DNA of 64,000 nt from positions 89,448 through 153,447 of the forward strand of contig JAMCZE010000010.1 of assembly GCA_023485845.1 (NCBI GenBank). Reading direction: 5' to 3'. Under the pieces are notes generated by a model. That model worked only from the letters and a program-made list of their open reading frames with translations, ran no database searches and was not told the DNA's origin. Each line of letters opens with the position of its first letter. Position 1 is the first letter of the stretch. Positions 9,892-19,905 of this stretch are shown here, one piece after another. The stretch comes from Patescibacteria group bacterium (GTDB taxonomy: Bacteria > Patescibacteriota > Microgenomatia > JAMCZE01). Made by a program: the position numbers and the translations under genes.

Positions 9892-11055
9892 TTATTGTGA
9901 AGCCTCGGACAAAGTGGCTTTGAGAGTTTGGGTTTGACTGTCGCGATAGATTGTTAGAGAAACGGTGTCCCCAGGTTTTTTGGAAGAAATTATTGCCGCC
10001 AGTCCCCCACCGGCGTCACGGACATTTTGATTATCAATTTTCGTGATAATGTCCCCCTGGGCCACCCCCGCTTGATCAGCCGGACTGCCGGAAACCACCG
10101 ACTGAACATAGGCTCCCTCGGGAATGTCATTTAAGATAGAAAGCTGTTGGGAAATCATGGTGTAATTGACGCCCAGAAATGCCTTGGCCGGAAATTTTCC
10201 TCCATTGGCCTCGAAAGTGTTGATCTCCTGTTTCACCAGATTAATCGGCAGGGCAAAACCAATGTTTTGGGCGTTTTGGGCCACAGCCACATTAACCCCG
10301 ATCACCTGGCCGGCCGAGTTAAGTAGCGGCCCGCCGGAGTTGCCGGGGTTAATCGCCGCCGACGTCTGAAGAATATTAGACAACTGTTCACCGGCGCCGG
10401 AGAATCCGTCCGGCGCGCCGGCAGTGATGAACCGGCCGATGCCGGAAATGACCCCGGTGGTCACGGTGGAGCGAAATTCTCCCAGCGCCGTGCCGATGGC
10501 CAAGGCAAACTGGCCCACCTGCAATTTATCACTATCCCCTAATTCCACTGTCGGCAAACCGTTCGCGGCGATTTTTAAAATTGCCAGGTCATTATTTGGA
10601 TCGCGATAAATCTGGGTCACATCATAGGTTTTATTATCTGAGGTGATCACCCGATATTTGGCCGTGGTGTCGGAAACGACGTGTTTGTTGGTCACAATCA
10701 GCCCGTCACTTCTGATAACAAACCCGGAACCAATATCCTGTTTAATCGGCTGGCTTGGCTGTTGGGGCATCATTTGGGGGAAAAAGTTACCAAAAGGGCC
10801 AAAATCAAAGTTCGGCGAGGAAACGGCCGGCGCGGTGGTGGTGATCCCCACTGTCACCACCGCCGGGGTGACTTTTTTAACTACATCAATCGTCGCCGAC
10901 TCTTCCGTTTCCACCCGCGTGGTCCCTGCCGGCGCTGGTCCCACCATCGGCCCGGACAAAAATTGCAACTGTCCGAACCGTTCCGATCCAAGGGCCAAGA
11001 GCACCACAATTACCAGAAGGCTGATGGCCAAAAGAATTTTCCTTGCATTATTCAT
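9892..11055 (-). CDS. HtrA/DegP-family serine protease with PDZ domain
   Basis: GSGF, TNKHV, DLA, AINPGNSGGPL, C-terminal PDZ. Confidence 0.95.
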   Translation of the reverse strand: MNNARKILLAISLLVIVVLLALGSERFGQLQFLSGPMVGPAPAGTTRVETEESATIDVVKKVTPAVVTVGITTTAPAVSSPNFDFGPFGNFFPQMMPQQPSQPIKQDIGSGFVIRSDGLIVTNKHVVSDTTAKYRVITSDNKTYDVTQIYRDPNNDLAILKIAANGLPTVELGDSDKLQVGQFALAIGTALGEFRSTVTTGVISGIGRFITAGAPDGFSGAGEQLSNILQTSAAINPGNSGGPLLNSAGQVIGVNVAVAQNAQNIGFALPINLVKQEINTFEANGGKFPAKAFLGVNYTMISQQLSILNDIPEGAYVQSVVSGSPADQAGVAQGDIITKIDNQNVRDAGGGLAAIISSKKPGDTVSLTIYRDSQTQTLKATLSEASQ

Positions 11056-11073
11056 AAATTATTCGCAAAAAGA

Positions 11074-12306
11074 TTAGGACGACGGACTGAGAATAACCTG
11101 AACCGCCTTGTCCAACTGCAAGTCTTGGGTTGGGTCGGCACTGTTATTCTCAACTTTAACGTCCGGGGTTAACCCCTTCCCATTAATCCAGTTGCCGTTG
11201 GACAGCAGCCATTTGGCAACAGTGACATGCAGCCCCGTTCCGTCCGGCAAATCCTCCGCTTGCTGAACACTGCCTTTGCCAAACGTCTGGTCGCCAACCA
11301 GTTTGGCCCGGCCGGCCGCCTGCAGCGCTCCCGCCAAAATCTCACCGGCCGAGGCCGTTCCCCCATTAACTAAAACCACCATCGGCACCGAAAGCAATTT
11401 GCCGGTGCGGTTAACGGAGAAGGTCTCATTGCCGGTTGTCCCTTGTTGAGTAACAACCACCCCGGAAGGGAGAAATTCACTGGCCGTGTAGACCGCCCCG
11501 TCCAAAAGTCCGCCGGGATTATTGCGCACGTCCAACACCAGGCCCACTGGTTTTGCCGATGACGTGGCTAAATAATCAGCGATTTGACTGACCGTTGTGT
11601 CCCACTGGAGATCGGTTTGATCGCCAAACCGAGCCAAATTAAGATAGACCACCGACTTGTTAATCACTTTCCAACTGACACTTTGAAGAATAATCGTGTC
11701 CCGGGTGACGACAACATCCACCGACTGGCTCCCTCCGGAGTGCAACACATTTAGGGTCACCTTGGTTCCTTTTGGACCGCGAATCAGATTAACCACTTCC
11801 GGCAAGGTCAAAGCGGAGATGTCCTGACCGTTAACTTTAATGATCCAATCGGCGGTTTTAATCCCCGCTTTTTGGGCCGGAGAATCTGGAAGAGGAGCAA
11901 TCACCACAGTTTTGTTGTCTTTGACTCCCAATTCCGCACCAACACCGTCAAAAGTCCCGTTCAGGGAATCCTTAGTCTGCTCATTGGCCGTCGGCGGCAA
12001 GAAAACCGTGTAGGGATCGCCAATAGCCGCGACCATTCCGGAGATGGCCCCATAGACCATTTTTTGGGTGTCCAGTTTTGACTTGTCAACATATTTATTT
12101 TCCAGCTCGTCCCAAACGCTCCAGAACAGGGAAAAATCCACGGGATTGCCGGATGGTGCTAATTTATTCACCACCGCCACATGTGGGGAAAAATTTTGCC
12201 AACTGACTTTGACTTGGTTGGTCCCCAATTTATAGCCCACCAACCCAAACAGCAACCCAATGGCCAAAATTAACGAAAATTTTCTAATAAATTCAAGACG
12301 AAACAT
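11074..12306 (-). CDS. S41 C-terminal processing peptidase (CtpA/Prc family)
   Basis: DPYT, PDZ, LDVRNNPGG, TASAGEI, TFGKGSVQ. Confidence 0.93.
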   Translation of the reverse strand: MFRLEFIRKFSLILAIGLLFGLVGYKLGTNQVKVSWQNFSPHVAVVNKLAPSGNPVDFSLFWSVWDELENKYVDKSKLDTQKMVYGAISGMVAAIGDPYTVFLPPTANEQTKDSLNGTFDGVGAELGVKDNKTVVIAPLPDSPAQKAGIKTADWIIKVNGQDISALTLPEVVNLIRGPKGTKVTLNVLHSGGSQSVDVVVTRDTIILQSVSWKVINKSVVYLNLARFGDQTDLQWDTTVSQIADYLATSSAKPVGLVLDVRNNPGGLLDGAVYTASEFLPSGVVVTQQGTTGNETFSVNRTGKLLSVPMVVLVNGGTASAGEILAGALQAAGRAKLVGDQTFGKGSVQQAEDLPDGTGLHVTVAKWLLSNGNWINGKGLTPDVKVENNSADPTQDLQLDKAVQVILSPSS

Positions 12307-12338
12307 AATATATATTTGAAATTATCGGCGAGACAGGT

Positions 12339-12392
12339 ATCCTAGTGAGCGAGCATGTCACACAGAAAGTGACGCCGGGAGTGAACTAGGAT
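12339..12392. repeat. REP-like nested inverted repeat
   Basis: ATCCTAGT...ACTAGGAT enclosing GTCAC-ACAGAAA-GTGAC. Confidence 0.5.
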
Positions 12393-12733
12393 GTCGAGCC
12401 GAGAATTTTATTATCTCCATCAATTTCTCCGTTTTTTCCATCCATCTTCTCTAATTTTTCCGCCAGCTCTTTGCCGGCGTCCTGGTCGCCAAATTTCAAT
12501 AATACTAGTACAGGGAAATCACCTAAGTTCTGGAAATATTCAAAATCCCGCCAGTGCATCGTTGGCACCACCACCCCAACCGCTCCCACCACGCCCGCTT
12601 TCTCCAGGGTCGCCCGGGGAACAAAGCGGGTGAACACGGCGATTTTGCCTTCCAGCTCCAAGTTCACTTCTGGATCAACGGCGATTTTGCCGGAAACTTT
12701 TGCCCCAAAACCGATTTTGCCGGTGATAGTCAT
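12386..12733 (-). CDS. Hypothetical protein
   Basis: Translationally coupled to the upstream ORF in the rpsF-ssb-rpsR run. Confidence 0.65.
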   Translation of the reverse strand: MTITGKIGFGAKVSGKIAVDPEVNLELEGKIAVFTRFVPRATLEKAGVVGAVGVVVPTMHWRDFEYFQNLGDFPVLVLLKFGDQDAGKELAEKLEKMDGKNGEIDGDNKILGSTS

Positions 12734-13101
12734 AGCTTCACAATTAACTTAGACTTGCCCATTCCGCTCCAGGAAAATGGCCTGACGTTAATTTTTGTTT
12801 TTTGTTCCGGGTTAAGAAGAAAAATTTCCACTTGGCCGGCAACCACCTCCCGATTTTTCTGGCCAGACACGCACACAGTTACTTTTGGCTTTTTCCCCTC
12901 GGGGACGACAATTAAATAATCCTTTTCATCAATCACCCCGGTGCCCAAGGTCGTGATCAGAGAACCCATTTGATAGGCCTCTTCCATCTCATCACTGTCC
13001 TTTTCCGGGCCGAAGATTTCCCGGTTGGCCACCCAATCTTCCAGTGTCACCGGATCCGGCGGAGATGTTAGAAAATGAGCCATCAATGAGTAATCAACCA
13101 T
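12730..13101 (-). CDS. Hypothetical protein
   Basis: ORF directly downstream of rpsR. Confidence 0.65.
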   Translation of the reverse strand: MVDYSLMAHFLTSPPDPVTLEDWVANREIFGPEKDSDEMEEAYQMGSLITTLGTGVIDEKDYLIVVPEGKKPKVTVCVSGQKNREVVAGQVEIFLLNPEQKTKINVRPFSWSGMGKSKLIVKL

Positions 13102-13107
13102 ACACAA

Positions 13108-13259
13108 TAATCAATAAAACCAATCATCCAATATCCAATTGAATTCAATACTCAATATTACCAATTACCAATCAATTTTGAAACCACGTAAATTGCGCAT
13201 TGGAAATTGTGGATTGGAGATTAAAAAATTGGAGATTGGTATTATTGGATTTATTGATT
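13108..13259. repeat. Degenerate CCAAT/ATTGG short-period quasi-palindrome
   Basis: Ends AATCAATAAA...TTTATTGATT are inverted; left arm repeated CCAAT/TCAAT, right arm repeated ATTGG. Confidence 0.8.
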
Positions 13260-13492
13260 CAAAGACCGCCGACAAAGGGGAGATAGGCCAGGTGACGGGC
13301 ACGTTTAATTTGGGTGGCAATGCGCCGCTGGTGTTTGGCACAAATTCCGGTGCGCGCGCGGCTAAGGATTCGCCCCCGCTCCGTCATAAAAGTCCGCAGT
13401 TTACTAATTTCTTTATAGTCCGGCTCCTTGTCCTCCTTACAAAAAGAACAATTCTTGGGCACCGGTTTAGGTTTGATAAATTTTCTATACAT
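13259..13492 (-). CDS. rpsR: 30S ribosomal protein S18
   Basis: [34 protein letters not shown]. Confidence 0.97.
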   Translation of the reverse strand: MYRKFIKPKPVPKNCSFCKEDKEPDYKEISKLRTFMTERGRILSRARTGICAKHQRRIATQIKRARHLAYLPFVGGL

Positions 13493-13501
13493 AAATTCAA
13501 T

Positions 13502-14065
13502 TTAAAAAGGAATGTCGTCGATATTCACATCCTCGCCCGCCGGGGCTTGGGCGGAGACAGGTTCATCCTTCTTTTCAGATTTGGCAGCCTTCTTAGTTTT
13601 TGGTTTGGTTTCTTCCGCTTTTTCTTCTTTTTCTTCTGCTGGCTCAGCCGGTTCAGCAGTTGGAGTCACCGGCGCTGGGGCCGAGGCACTTTGCGCTGTC
13701 GCTCCCGCCCCCGGCGCTCCGGCACCCATCCGGGAATCCAGAAGAATCATGTCATCAATGACAATCTCGGTGATCGTGTGTTGGGCTTGGTCAGAGCCGG
13801 TGAATGTCCGAGTTTGGAGCCGACCCTCAACATAAATCTTGCGGCCTTTGGTGATTAACTGGCTGCAGAGTTCCGCCAGTTTATTCCAGGCCACCAGCCG
13901 GTGAAACTCTGCCTCTTCGCGGATTTCCCCGCCTTCCGTTTTCCAACTGCGGTTGGTCGCCAGCCCAAAAGTGGCAACCGCGTTGCCCTGGGGCGTGTAG
14001 CGCAACTCGGGATCACGGGTCACGTTCCCAATCAGCATGACTTTATTTAGTGACTTGCTTGACAT
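13502..14065 (-). CDS. ssb: Single-stranded DNA-binding protein
   Basis: NKVMLIGN.TRDPELRYTP.G; C-terminal DDIPF. Confidence 0.98.
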   Translation of the reverse strand: MSSKSLNKVMLIGNVTRDPELRYTPQGNAVATFGLATNRSWKTEGGEIREEAEFHRLVAWNKLAELCSQLITKGRKIYVEGRLQTRTFTGSDQAQHTITEIVIDDMILLDSRMGAGAPGAGATAQSASAPAPVTPTAEPAEPAEEKEEKAEETKPKTKKAAKSEKKDEPVSAQAPAGEDVNIDDIPF

Positions 14066-14070
14066 GATAT

Positions 14071-14165
14071 TAATTTAAAATTTAAAAGGTAAAATGCAAA
14101 ATTACAATTAAAAATTAATAATTTTAACTTGGACTTTTAACTTTTAAATTTTGACTTTTGAATTA
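14071..14165. repeat. Degenerate 7-nt-period quasi-palindrome, copy 2 (overlaps rpsF 3' end)
   Basis: AAAATGCAAAATTACAATT..AAAATT left arm; TTTTAACTTTTAAATTTTGACTTTTG right arm. Confidence 0.85.
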
Positions 14166-14437
14166 ACTAACAAGTGTCGTAACACATTATCCATCAGCCG
14201 CAACTTCTTGTCCACCGTGGAAACCTTATCCGGAGCCATGGACACTTCAAAATAGAGATAAAAGGCCTCGCGCTGCTTCCCCACTTCATAAGCCAAGGGC
14301 TTTTTTGCCGGGTCTTTCTTGGACTTAATTTTTGCTCCTTGATCAGCAATTAGATCAGTCAGGTCCTTAACCGCTTTGTCCAATTCTTTCTGGGTCAATG
14401 TTGGTGCCAAAAGCACCGTCAGTTCATAATCTCTCAT
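14144..14437 (-). CDS. rpsF: 30S ribosomal protein S6
   Basis: MRDYEL, KPLAY, VLRHLL; synteny with ssb-rpsR. Confidence 0.95.
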   Translation of the reverse strand: MRDYELTVLLAPTLTQKELDKAVKDLTDLIADQGAKIKSKKDPAKKPLAYEVGKQREAFYLYFEVSMAPDKVSTVDKKLRLMDNVLRHLLVNSKVKI

Positions 14438-14486
14438 TCGGTACGATTGTACTTTACAAATCTCTCATAGTCAATATAATAAATGC

Positions 14487-15540
14487 ATGACCAGAGACTT
14501 CTTTCAGATTTTAGGTGTAAGCCGAAACGCCACTGACCAAGAAATTAAACAAGCATATCGGAGGTTAGCCAAAGAATTTCATCCCGATTCTAACCCGGGC
14601 GATAAAATCGCTGAGGAAAGGATGAAGGAGATTAACGTTGCTTTTGGCACAATTGACGAGGCAGACAAAAGAGAGGCCTACCTAGTAGAACTAATAAGAA
14701 GGGACTCTCAACCAAAAGTGGAAACCGCTGCCCCACGATGGCGTCCAGCCTACCAACCGCCACCAAAGACCAAGGTTTACGTCAATGATTTCACCGCTGA
14801 AGAATGGCAAAGCTTCGACCCAACCAAAGTTGAGAGCTGGGAAGAAATTTTTGGAACCACAGGTTTTGGGAAAATGATGGCTGAGGGCACTGCCGAGTTC
14901 CACCGCACTTGGGCTAAAACCTGGCTCTCGGAAAAACCAAGCTCGTTGCAAGACCTCTTCGCTCAGTCTCCAATTACAGAAGCCAAGGTTGCCCAGCATC
15001 CCTTTGGCATACTTGAGCAGAGACTCCAGTTGGGTAAAAATAACGCTCGTCTCTTAGCCATCCTAGTAAATCTCTACGAAACGGGTGAACACAAGAGTGT
15101 CGCCATCCCTCAAAAAGAAAACCATCTTAGTGAGAGGCAGGAATGGGCAAAATTATTTGGTAAAACCCCGTTTGCCTACATCATCAACAGACTCCAGGAT
15201 GAACCTAGAATCGACATCAATCCTTTGCAGCTTCTAACAAAACTACCTCAAATCGTTAGATATGACCGCCGTGTATCCGGAAACTACACTGGCAACGAAA
15301 AACTTCAGCGATTATCACTGGGCAATCGAAGCGATTCGCGGAATTGATTCTCTGGCCAAAGCTATCGCCAGAAATGACCAGGGCAACAACCTATCAAGAG
15401 AGATTACTGCAATCCAAACCTGGGAAAATCTCGTCAGAAATCCCGATACTGCATCTATAGAATTTGCCAATATTAAAACTCAGCTTGAACGAGTTACCCA
15501 GGAAGGAGTACCCGTACGGCCTGAGCAGCAAAGGAGATAG
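14487..15540 (+). CDS. J-domain (DnaJ-like) protein, apparently frameshifted near 15300
   Basis: DFFQILGV..A...EIK.AYRRLA...HPD; overlapping ORFs 14487-15347 and 15262-15540. Confidence 0.6.
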
Positions 15541-15542
15541 CA

Positions 15543-16553
15543 TCAAGTTCCCACTTTAAATTCCACCACGTCCCCGTCCTGCATTTCATAGTCTTTCCCT
15601 TCCAGTCGTGTTTTTCCTTGATCCCGGCAATTTTTCCAACCACCTTGACTAACAAAATCTACATAATTCACCACTTCGGCTTTAATGAAGTTTTTTTCAA
15701 AATCGGTGTGGATTACCCCGGCCGCCGCCGGGGCCTTGGTTCCCCGGGCAATAGTCCAGGCCCGAACCTCTTTGACGCCAGCGGTTAAAAATGAGATTAA
15801 ATTCAAAGACGCGTAAGTGGTGCTGATCAGCTGATCAACGCCGGAATCCTTGACTCCCAGGCTCTCCAGATATTCCTCCCGCTCATCGGCGGTCAGCACC
15901 CCCAGCTCCGCTTCCAATTTGGCGTCAATCACTACCGCGTCTTTGCCGTTATTCCGTAGATTATTCACTATTTCCTGTAATCCTGCCCACTGTGATGTGG
16001 TGTTCACATTAAGAACATAAATAATTTTCTTGGCCGTCAACAGTTGCAGCGGCTTCCCCGCTTCCCCCGCCATCTCCCCCCGATTTAGTCTTTGTTCAAG
16101 CTCAGAATTTTGAATTTTGAGTTTTGCCTTTTGATTTTCTATTGTCTGCAAATCTGCCAAAATTAACTCCGTGTTAATCACGTCGATATCCGACTTTGGC
16201 TCGCTGCTGCCCTCGCGAATCACGTCGTCATCGGGAAACGCCCGGACTACTTCGCAAATTAAATCCACCTCCCGAATGTGGGACAGAAATTTATTGCCCA
16301 GCCCCGCTCCGGTGGAAGCCCCCTTGACCAAGCCGGCAATATCCACAAACTGCACCGTCGCCGGAACAATCGGCGAATTATAAATCGCCGCCAGCTTATC
16401 CAGCCGCCCATCCGGCACCGGGACAATCCCCACATTGGGGTCAATGGTGGCAAAGGGATAATTGGCCACCAACGCCTGCTGCCGCCGCAAAAGAGCATTA
16501 AATAAAGTTGATTTTCCGACGTTTGGTAAGCCGACGATCCCTACTTGCAGCAT
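15543..16553 (-). CDS. ychF: Redox-regulated ATPase YchF
   Basis: [37 protein letters not shown] domain GKDY.MQDGD. Confidence 0.97.
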   Translation of the reverse strand: MLQVGIVGLPNVGKSTLFNALLRRQQALVANYPFATIDPNVGIVPVPDGRLDKLAAIYNSPIVPATVQFVDIAGLVKGASTGAGLGNKFLSHIREVDLICEVVRAFPDDDVIREGSSEPKSDIDVINTELILADLQTIENQKAKLKIQNSELEQRLNRGEMAGEAGKPLQLLTAKKIIYVLNVNTTSQWAGLQEIVNNLRNNGKDAVVIDAKLEAELGVLTADEREEYLESLGVKDSGVDQLISTTYASLNLISFLTAGVKEVRAWTIARGTKAPAAAGVIHTDFEKNFIKAEVVNYVDFVSQGGWKNCRDQGKTRLEGKDYEMQDGDVVEFKVGT

Positions 16554-16719
16554 ATAAGCAATATTTTAGCAGAAAATACGTCACTTTACGGACATACAAT
16601 TATAGGATATAATTTAGCCATGCTGGCGATTAAGCAGGAAATAGCGAAGAAATTAGTTCGGGACTTGTCGATGGGAATTACCCAAAGGGTGAAAAAGACG
16701 CCGCACGGATAAAGAGTAA

Positions 16720-16968
16720 CTAAGTCCTAACCCCATTTTCTTTCAGGAATCTTTTATACCAGTATTTATCTCCCACCCAGGAGGGACAATCTCCGTCATT
16801 GCCGATTCCCAATTCCGGATCGCCGCCCAGATCGGGGAATTTTTCTATTATTTCCGGCGCGTTGCCAATATCGCCCGGTTCGATTGGCCTTAGCCCTATA
16901 ACATTCAAGGCCTCTTTAATGGCCCCCGGCCGATGCAGTCCCAAATCACCATCTCTTGCTGCTTCCAT
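16720..16968 (-). CDS. Hypothetical protein
   Basis: 82-aa ORF. Confidence 0.45.
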   Translation of the reverse strand: MEAARDGDLGLHRPGAIKEALNVIGLRPIEPGDIGNAPEIIEKFPDLGGDPELGIGNDGDCPSWVGDKYWYKRFLKENGVRT

Positions 16969-16998
16969 ATTTATATTTTACTCTGCTATACTTTTTTT

Positions 16999-17448
16999 GT
17001 GAAGAAGATTTGGCCAGTCGTGGTCTGGGTTGGAGTTTGCGAAGCGGCGGGGTTGGCAGCCACGCCGTTCACGGCCTCCGCGATCCCCGCCTGGTATGCC
17101 ACCCTGGCTAAGCCCTCATTTTCCCCACCTAACTGGGTTTTCGGGCCGGTGTGGACCACTCTCTATTTTTTAATGGGCCTGGCCGCCTGGCTGGTTTGGA
17201 AAAAACATAAATCCTTGGCGCTCTTCTATCTCCAACTGGCTCTTAATTTTCTCTGGTCGCTGCTGTTTTTTGGCTTACACTCCCCGATTTTGGGCCTAGT
17301 CGACATTATTTTTCTTTGGACTTTTATTCTTCTGACAATCAACCAATTTAAAAAAGTTTCCCGACCGGCCGCCTATTTACTCCTGCCTTATCTTCTCTGG
17401 GTCTCCTTTGCTGCCATTCTCAACCTTGCAATTGTGATTCTCAACTAA
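16999..17448 (+). CDS. tspO: TspO/MBR family protein
   Basis: WY..L.KP.F.PP.WVFGPVWT.LY, QL.LN..WS..FF, PYL.WV.FA..LN; GTG start inferred. Confidence 0.93.
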   Translation: MKKIWPVVVWVGVCEAAGLAATPFTASAIPAWYATLAKPSFSPPNWVFGPVWTTLYFLMGLAAWLVWKKHKSLALFYLQLALNFLWSLLFFGLHSPILGLVDIIFLWTFILLTINQFKKVSRPAAYLLLPYLLWVSFAAILNLAIVILN

Positions 17449-17464
17449 CGTATAATAGAAACAT

Positions 17465-17779
17465 ATGGCGATGGATATTGAAACCACCGGGGCCGGACCG
17501 ACAAACTGCGCGGGATGTTTAAAAAACGCTGACAGTCTGGAAGCCGGTGGGCCGGTGCAATTACCCAAGGGCATCCCCGCCATCATTGCTTCCAGACACG
17601 CCTTATCCGGCAATGACTTCGTGAATGACTCCCTATCGGAAGATGAGCGAAAATCCATTCACGCCCAAGTTGTGGTTAATGTCAGTCCATGGCTTAGTGA
17701 CAAAGAAGCCTCGCCGACGTCACCGCATTGGGAATCACTTTGTCATCTATCTCCTGAAAAGCCAAAACCGAATAATTAG
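17465..17779 (+). CDS. Hypothetical protein (CxxC)
   Basis: TATAAT 8 nt before ATG. Confidence 0.5.
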   Translation: MAMDIETTGAGPTNCAGCLKNADSLEAGGPVQLPKGIPAIIASRHALSGNDFVNDSLSEDERKSIHAQVVVNVSPWLSDKEASPTSPHWESLCHLSPEKPKPNN

Positions 17780-17854
17780 TCCTTCTTATCCTCTTGACAA
17801 CTATGTTATTCTGAAACTAATAACAAAAACAAAGTGAAGGAGGTGAAAGAAAGA

Positions 17855-18049
17855 ATGAATTGTAATTGCGCTAATTGCAAACAATTAAATTGCGGTTGTA
17901 CCACTGGCGGCAAATCATGCACTTGTTCGCAAGGTTCTTGCGACGCCACTTGCCCGCAATGCGGCGACCATTGCATGAATGTTGATGGTTCCTGCTGCTG
18001 CGGCAAACCGGCAACAACACCCGCCGGACCCTCCGCGCCGACGGAATAA
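17855..18049 (+). CDS. Metallothionein-like Cys-rich protein (64 aa, 14 Cys)
   Basis: SD AAGGAGGTGA; CxC, CxxC and CCC clusters; no aromatic residues. Confidence 0.65.
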   Translation: MNCNCANCKQLNCGCTTGGKSCTCSQGSCDATCPQCGDHCMNVDGSCCCGKPATTPAGPSAPTE

Positions 18050-18050
18050 A

Positions 18051-18350
18051 TTAATAGACCCTGATGTGATGGCGATGAAAGAAGCCAAAGGTGTGGTTCT
18101 GTTTTGCCAGTGGCCGAACGGGGCTATAGTTTAGGTTTTGGTCATGCACCCACCGATTTGTTGCCAAGTCCAATCGTTCATATCTTTGCTGCATTAATCC
18201 ACCATCTTGGGCACCAATCACCACCGTCACCAGGCGTAGGCTCTTACTAAGGTTTATTATCGCTGCTAAATATTCTTCGTTAGTCGGCAGGAGGTGCATG
18301 GGGGTTCTCGCAAACCGCCCTAGAGTGCTTTCAGACACTTCAACTGTCAT
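18051..18350 (-). CDS. Hypothetical protein
   Basis: 99-aa ORF. Confidence 0.45.
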   Translation of the reverse strand: MTVEVSESTLGRFARTPMHLLPTNEEYLAAIINLSKSLRLVTVVIGAQDGGLMQQRYERLDLATNRWVHDQNLNYSPVRPLAKQNHTFGFFHRHHIRVY

Positions 18351-18389
18351 AATATTAATGGGCAGTGTGCATATAATACAATATTAACT

Positions 18390-18995
18390 ATGAAAACTCT
18401 ACTCGCTTTTATTTTTTCCATTTTATCCGCCTTTTCGCCAAAACCAACCATTGCCCCGATTCCAGCTCCTGCTTTTTATTATCCAATTACTAATTATGCC
18501 TCCCGGTTGCAATTGCGGCCGTTTGGGCAATATATCAGCACTACCGACCAAAAAACCGTTGTCTGCGGAGCTGCTTTTGTTGGCTGGCACACCGGCGACG
18601 ATTTGGAAACCACCCCGGCGGAAAAAGACTCGCCCGCCCCCGTCTATTCCATTGCCGCCGGAAAAATTCTCCAGGTTTCCGCCGTGTCCGGTTATGGCGG
18701 CCTAATCGTCGCCGCCTACACTTTGGCCGGGCAAGATGTCACCGCCTACTATGGCCACGTTAATCTAACTAGTGCGCTGGCCGCACCCGGCGACAACGTT
18801 GCGGCCGGACAAAAATTGGCTGATTTGGGCGCGGCCTGCTCCGCCCAAACCGACGGCGAACGCAAACATCTGCACTTTGCCATCCACAAAGGCCCGACTA
18901 TTGATGTTCGGGGCTACGTGTCCACTCAATCAGAGCTATCCAACTGGCTCAACCCCGCTTTGGAACTTGCTAAACTTGGCGCGCATCAGATATAA
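18390..18995 (+). CDS. M23 family metallopeptidase, secreted
   Basis: Signal peptide, HTGDD, YGH, HLHF zinc motifs. Confidence 0.9.
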   Translation: MKTLLAFIFSILSAFSPKPTIAPIPAPAFYYPITNYASRLQLRPFGQYISTTDQKTVVCGAAFVGWHTGDDLETTPAEKDSPAPVYSIAAGKILQVSAVSGYGGLIVAAYTLAGQDVTAYYGHVNLTSALAAPGDNVAAGQKLADLGAACSAQTDGERKHLHFAIHKGPTIDVRGYVSTQSELSNWLNPALELAKLGAHQI

Positions 18996-19003
18996 TAAAA
19001 GCT

Positions 19004-19216
19004 ATGAGTTTAGTGAAAACCGCCGAGATGTGCCGTCCTTGTGACCACTGCGGCGAAAAGGGGAAATGCGTTCTGAGCCACATATCCACCGCCGAACAAA
19101 TCAAACGTGAGAGAGACGGAGCTTGCGGCGACGCCCAGCAATCTGAAGCGAAAGAAAGGGTTGTCTATTTGCAAAGAGCTCTTGTTGACGGGAAGTGGGT
19201 TTGGGTTACCTGTTAA
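19004..19216 (+). CDS. Hypothetical Cys-rich small protein
   Basis: CxxCxxC; TATAAT 7 nt before ATG. Confidence 0.5.
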   Translation: MSLVKTAEMCRPCDHCGEKGKCVLSHISTAEQIKRERDGACGDAQQSEAKERVVYLQRALVDGKWVWVTC

Positions 19217-19218
19217 GG

Positions 19219-19905
19219 TTATTGCGTCACGATGCGGATGCGGGCGGAAGAGAGATAGCCGGTGGTGATGGTGGAATACATCTGCACCCGGTAGGTTTTA
19301 GATCCGGCGGAAAGAGCGATTGGGACAGAAAGATATTGATCGGTGTTGGAAGCGGAAGAAACCTCACTGCCCCAGATGATTGCCGGGGTGGTGGCATCAA
19401 AGAGGCGGGCATGAACTTCCCCGGAGGAAACATGCAGGGTGGCTTCAAAATAGGCTTGTTTAATCGTCCCGAAATTACTGGTGTCCAGCGTCACCTGGGT
19501 GGCCGTCAAATCTGTCCAGTTATTTGTTTGGCTCACACTTCCCGATCCGAGAAAAACGGATGACTCGCCTTTGGTGGAAACTGGAGCCGGGACACTGGCG
19601 GCGGGAACAGACACGGTTTTGGGAAGAGAATTAATTAAACTGACGCAGCTTTGGGGGCAGGAGTTATCGGTGGCCGCCGGAGTTGGTTGGGCGCCGCTCA
19701 GAGGGCTCTGCCCGGCGGGCGCGGTGGAAATGGTGGCCAAACGGTTGCCCAACTGGCTGAAACTGTCGGACAACGTTGCCAGCCGTGTTTGAAAATCACT
19801 TAAATCCCCGCCTTGCTTGACCACCATAAAATCAAGCAGCAAAATATTGGCGGCAAAAATGAAGCCAACGACACCAAGAACGATGGGCAGTCTACTTTCC
19901 CACAC
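19219..19905 (-). CDS. Membrane-anchored hypothetical protein
   Basis: N-terminal TM, Pro/Thr linker, beta-rich C-domain. Confidence 0.7.
   Translation of the reverse strand: MWESRLPIVLGVVGFIFAANILLLDFMVVKQGGDLSDFQTRLATLSDSFSQLGNRLATISTAPAGQSPLSGAQPTPAATDNSCPQSCVSLINSLPKTVSVPAASVPAPVSTKGESSVFLGSGSVSQTNNWTDLTATQVTLDTSNFGTIKQAYFEATLHVSSGEVHARLFDATTPAIIWGSEVSSASNTDQYLSVPIALSAGSKTYRVQMYSTITTGYLSSARIRIVTQ

Noticed and set aside
13139-13858. 239-aa + strand ORF
   Set aside because: Antisense to ssb/rpsR, with an N-terminus derived from the repeat element; a shadow ORF.
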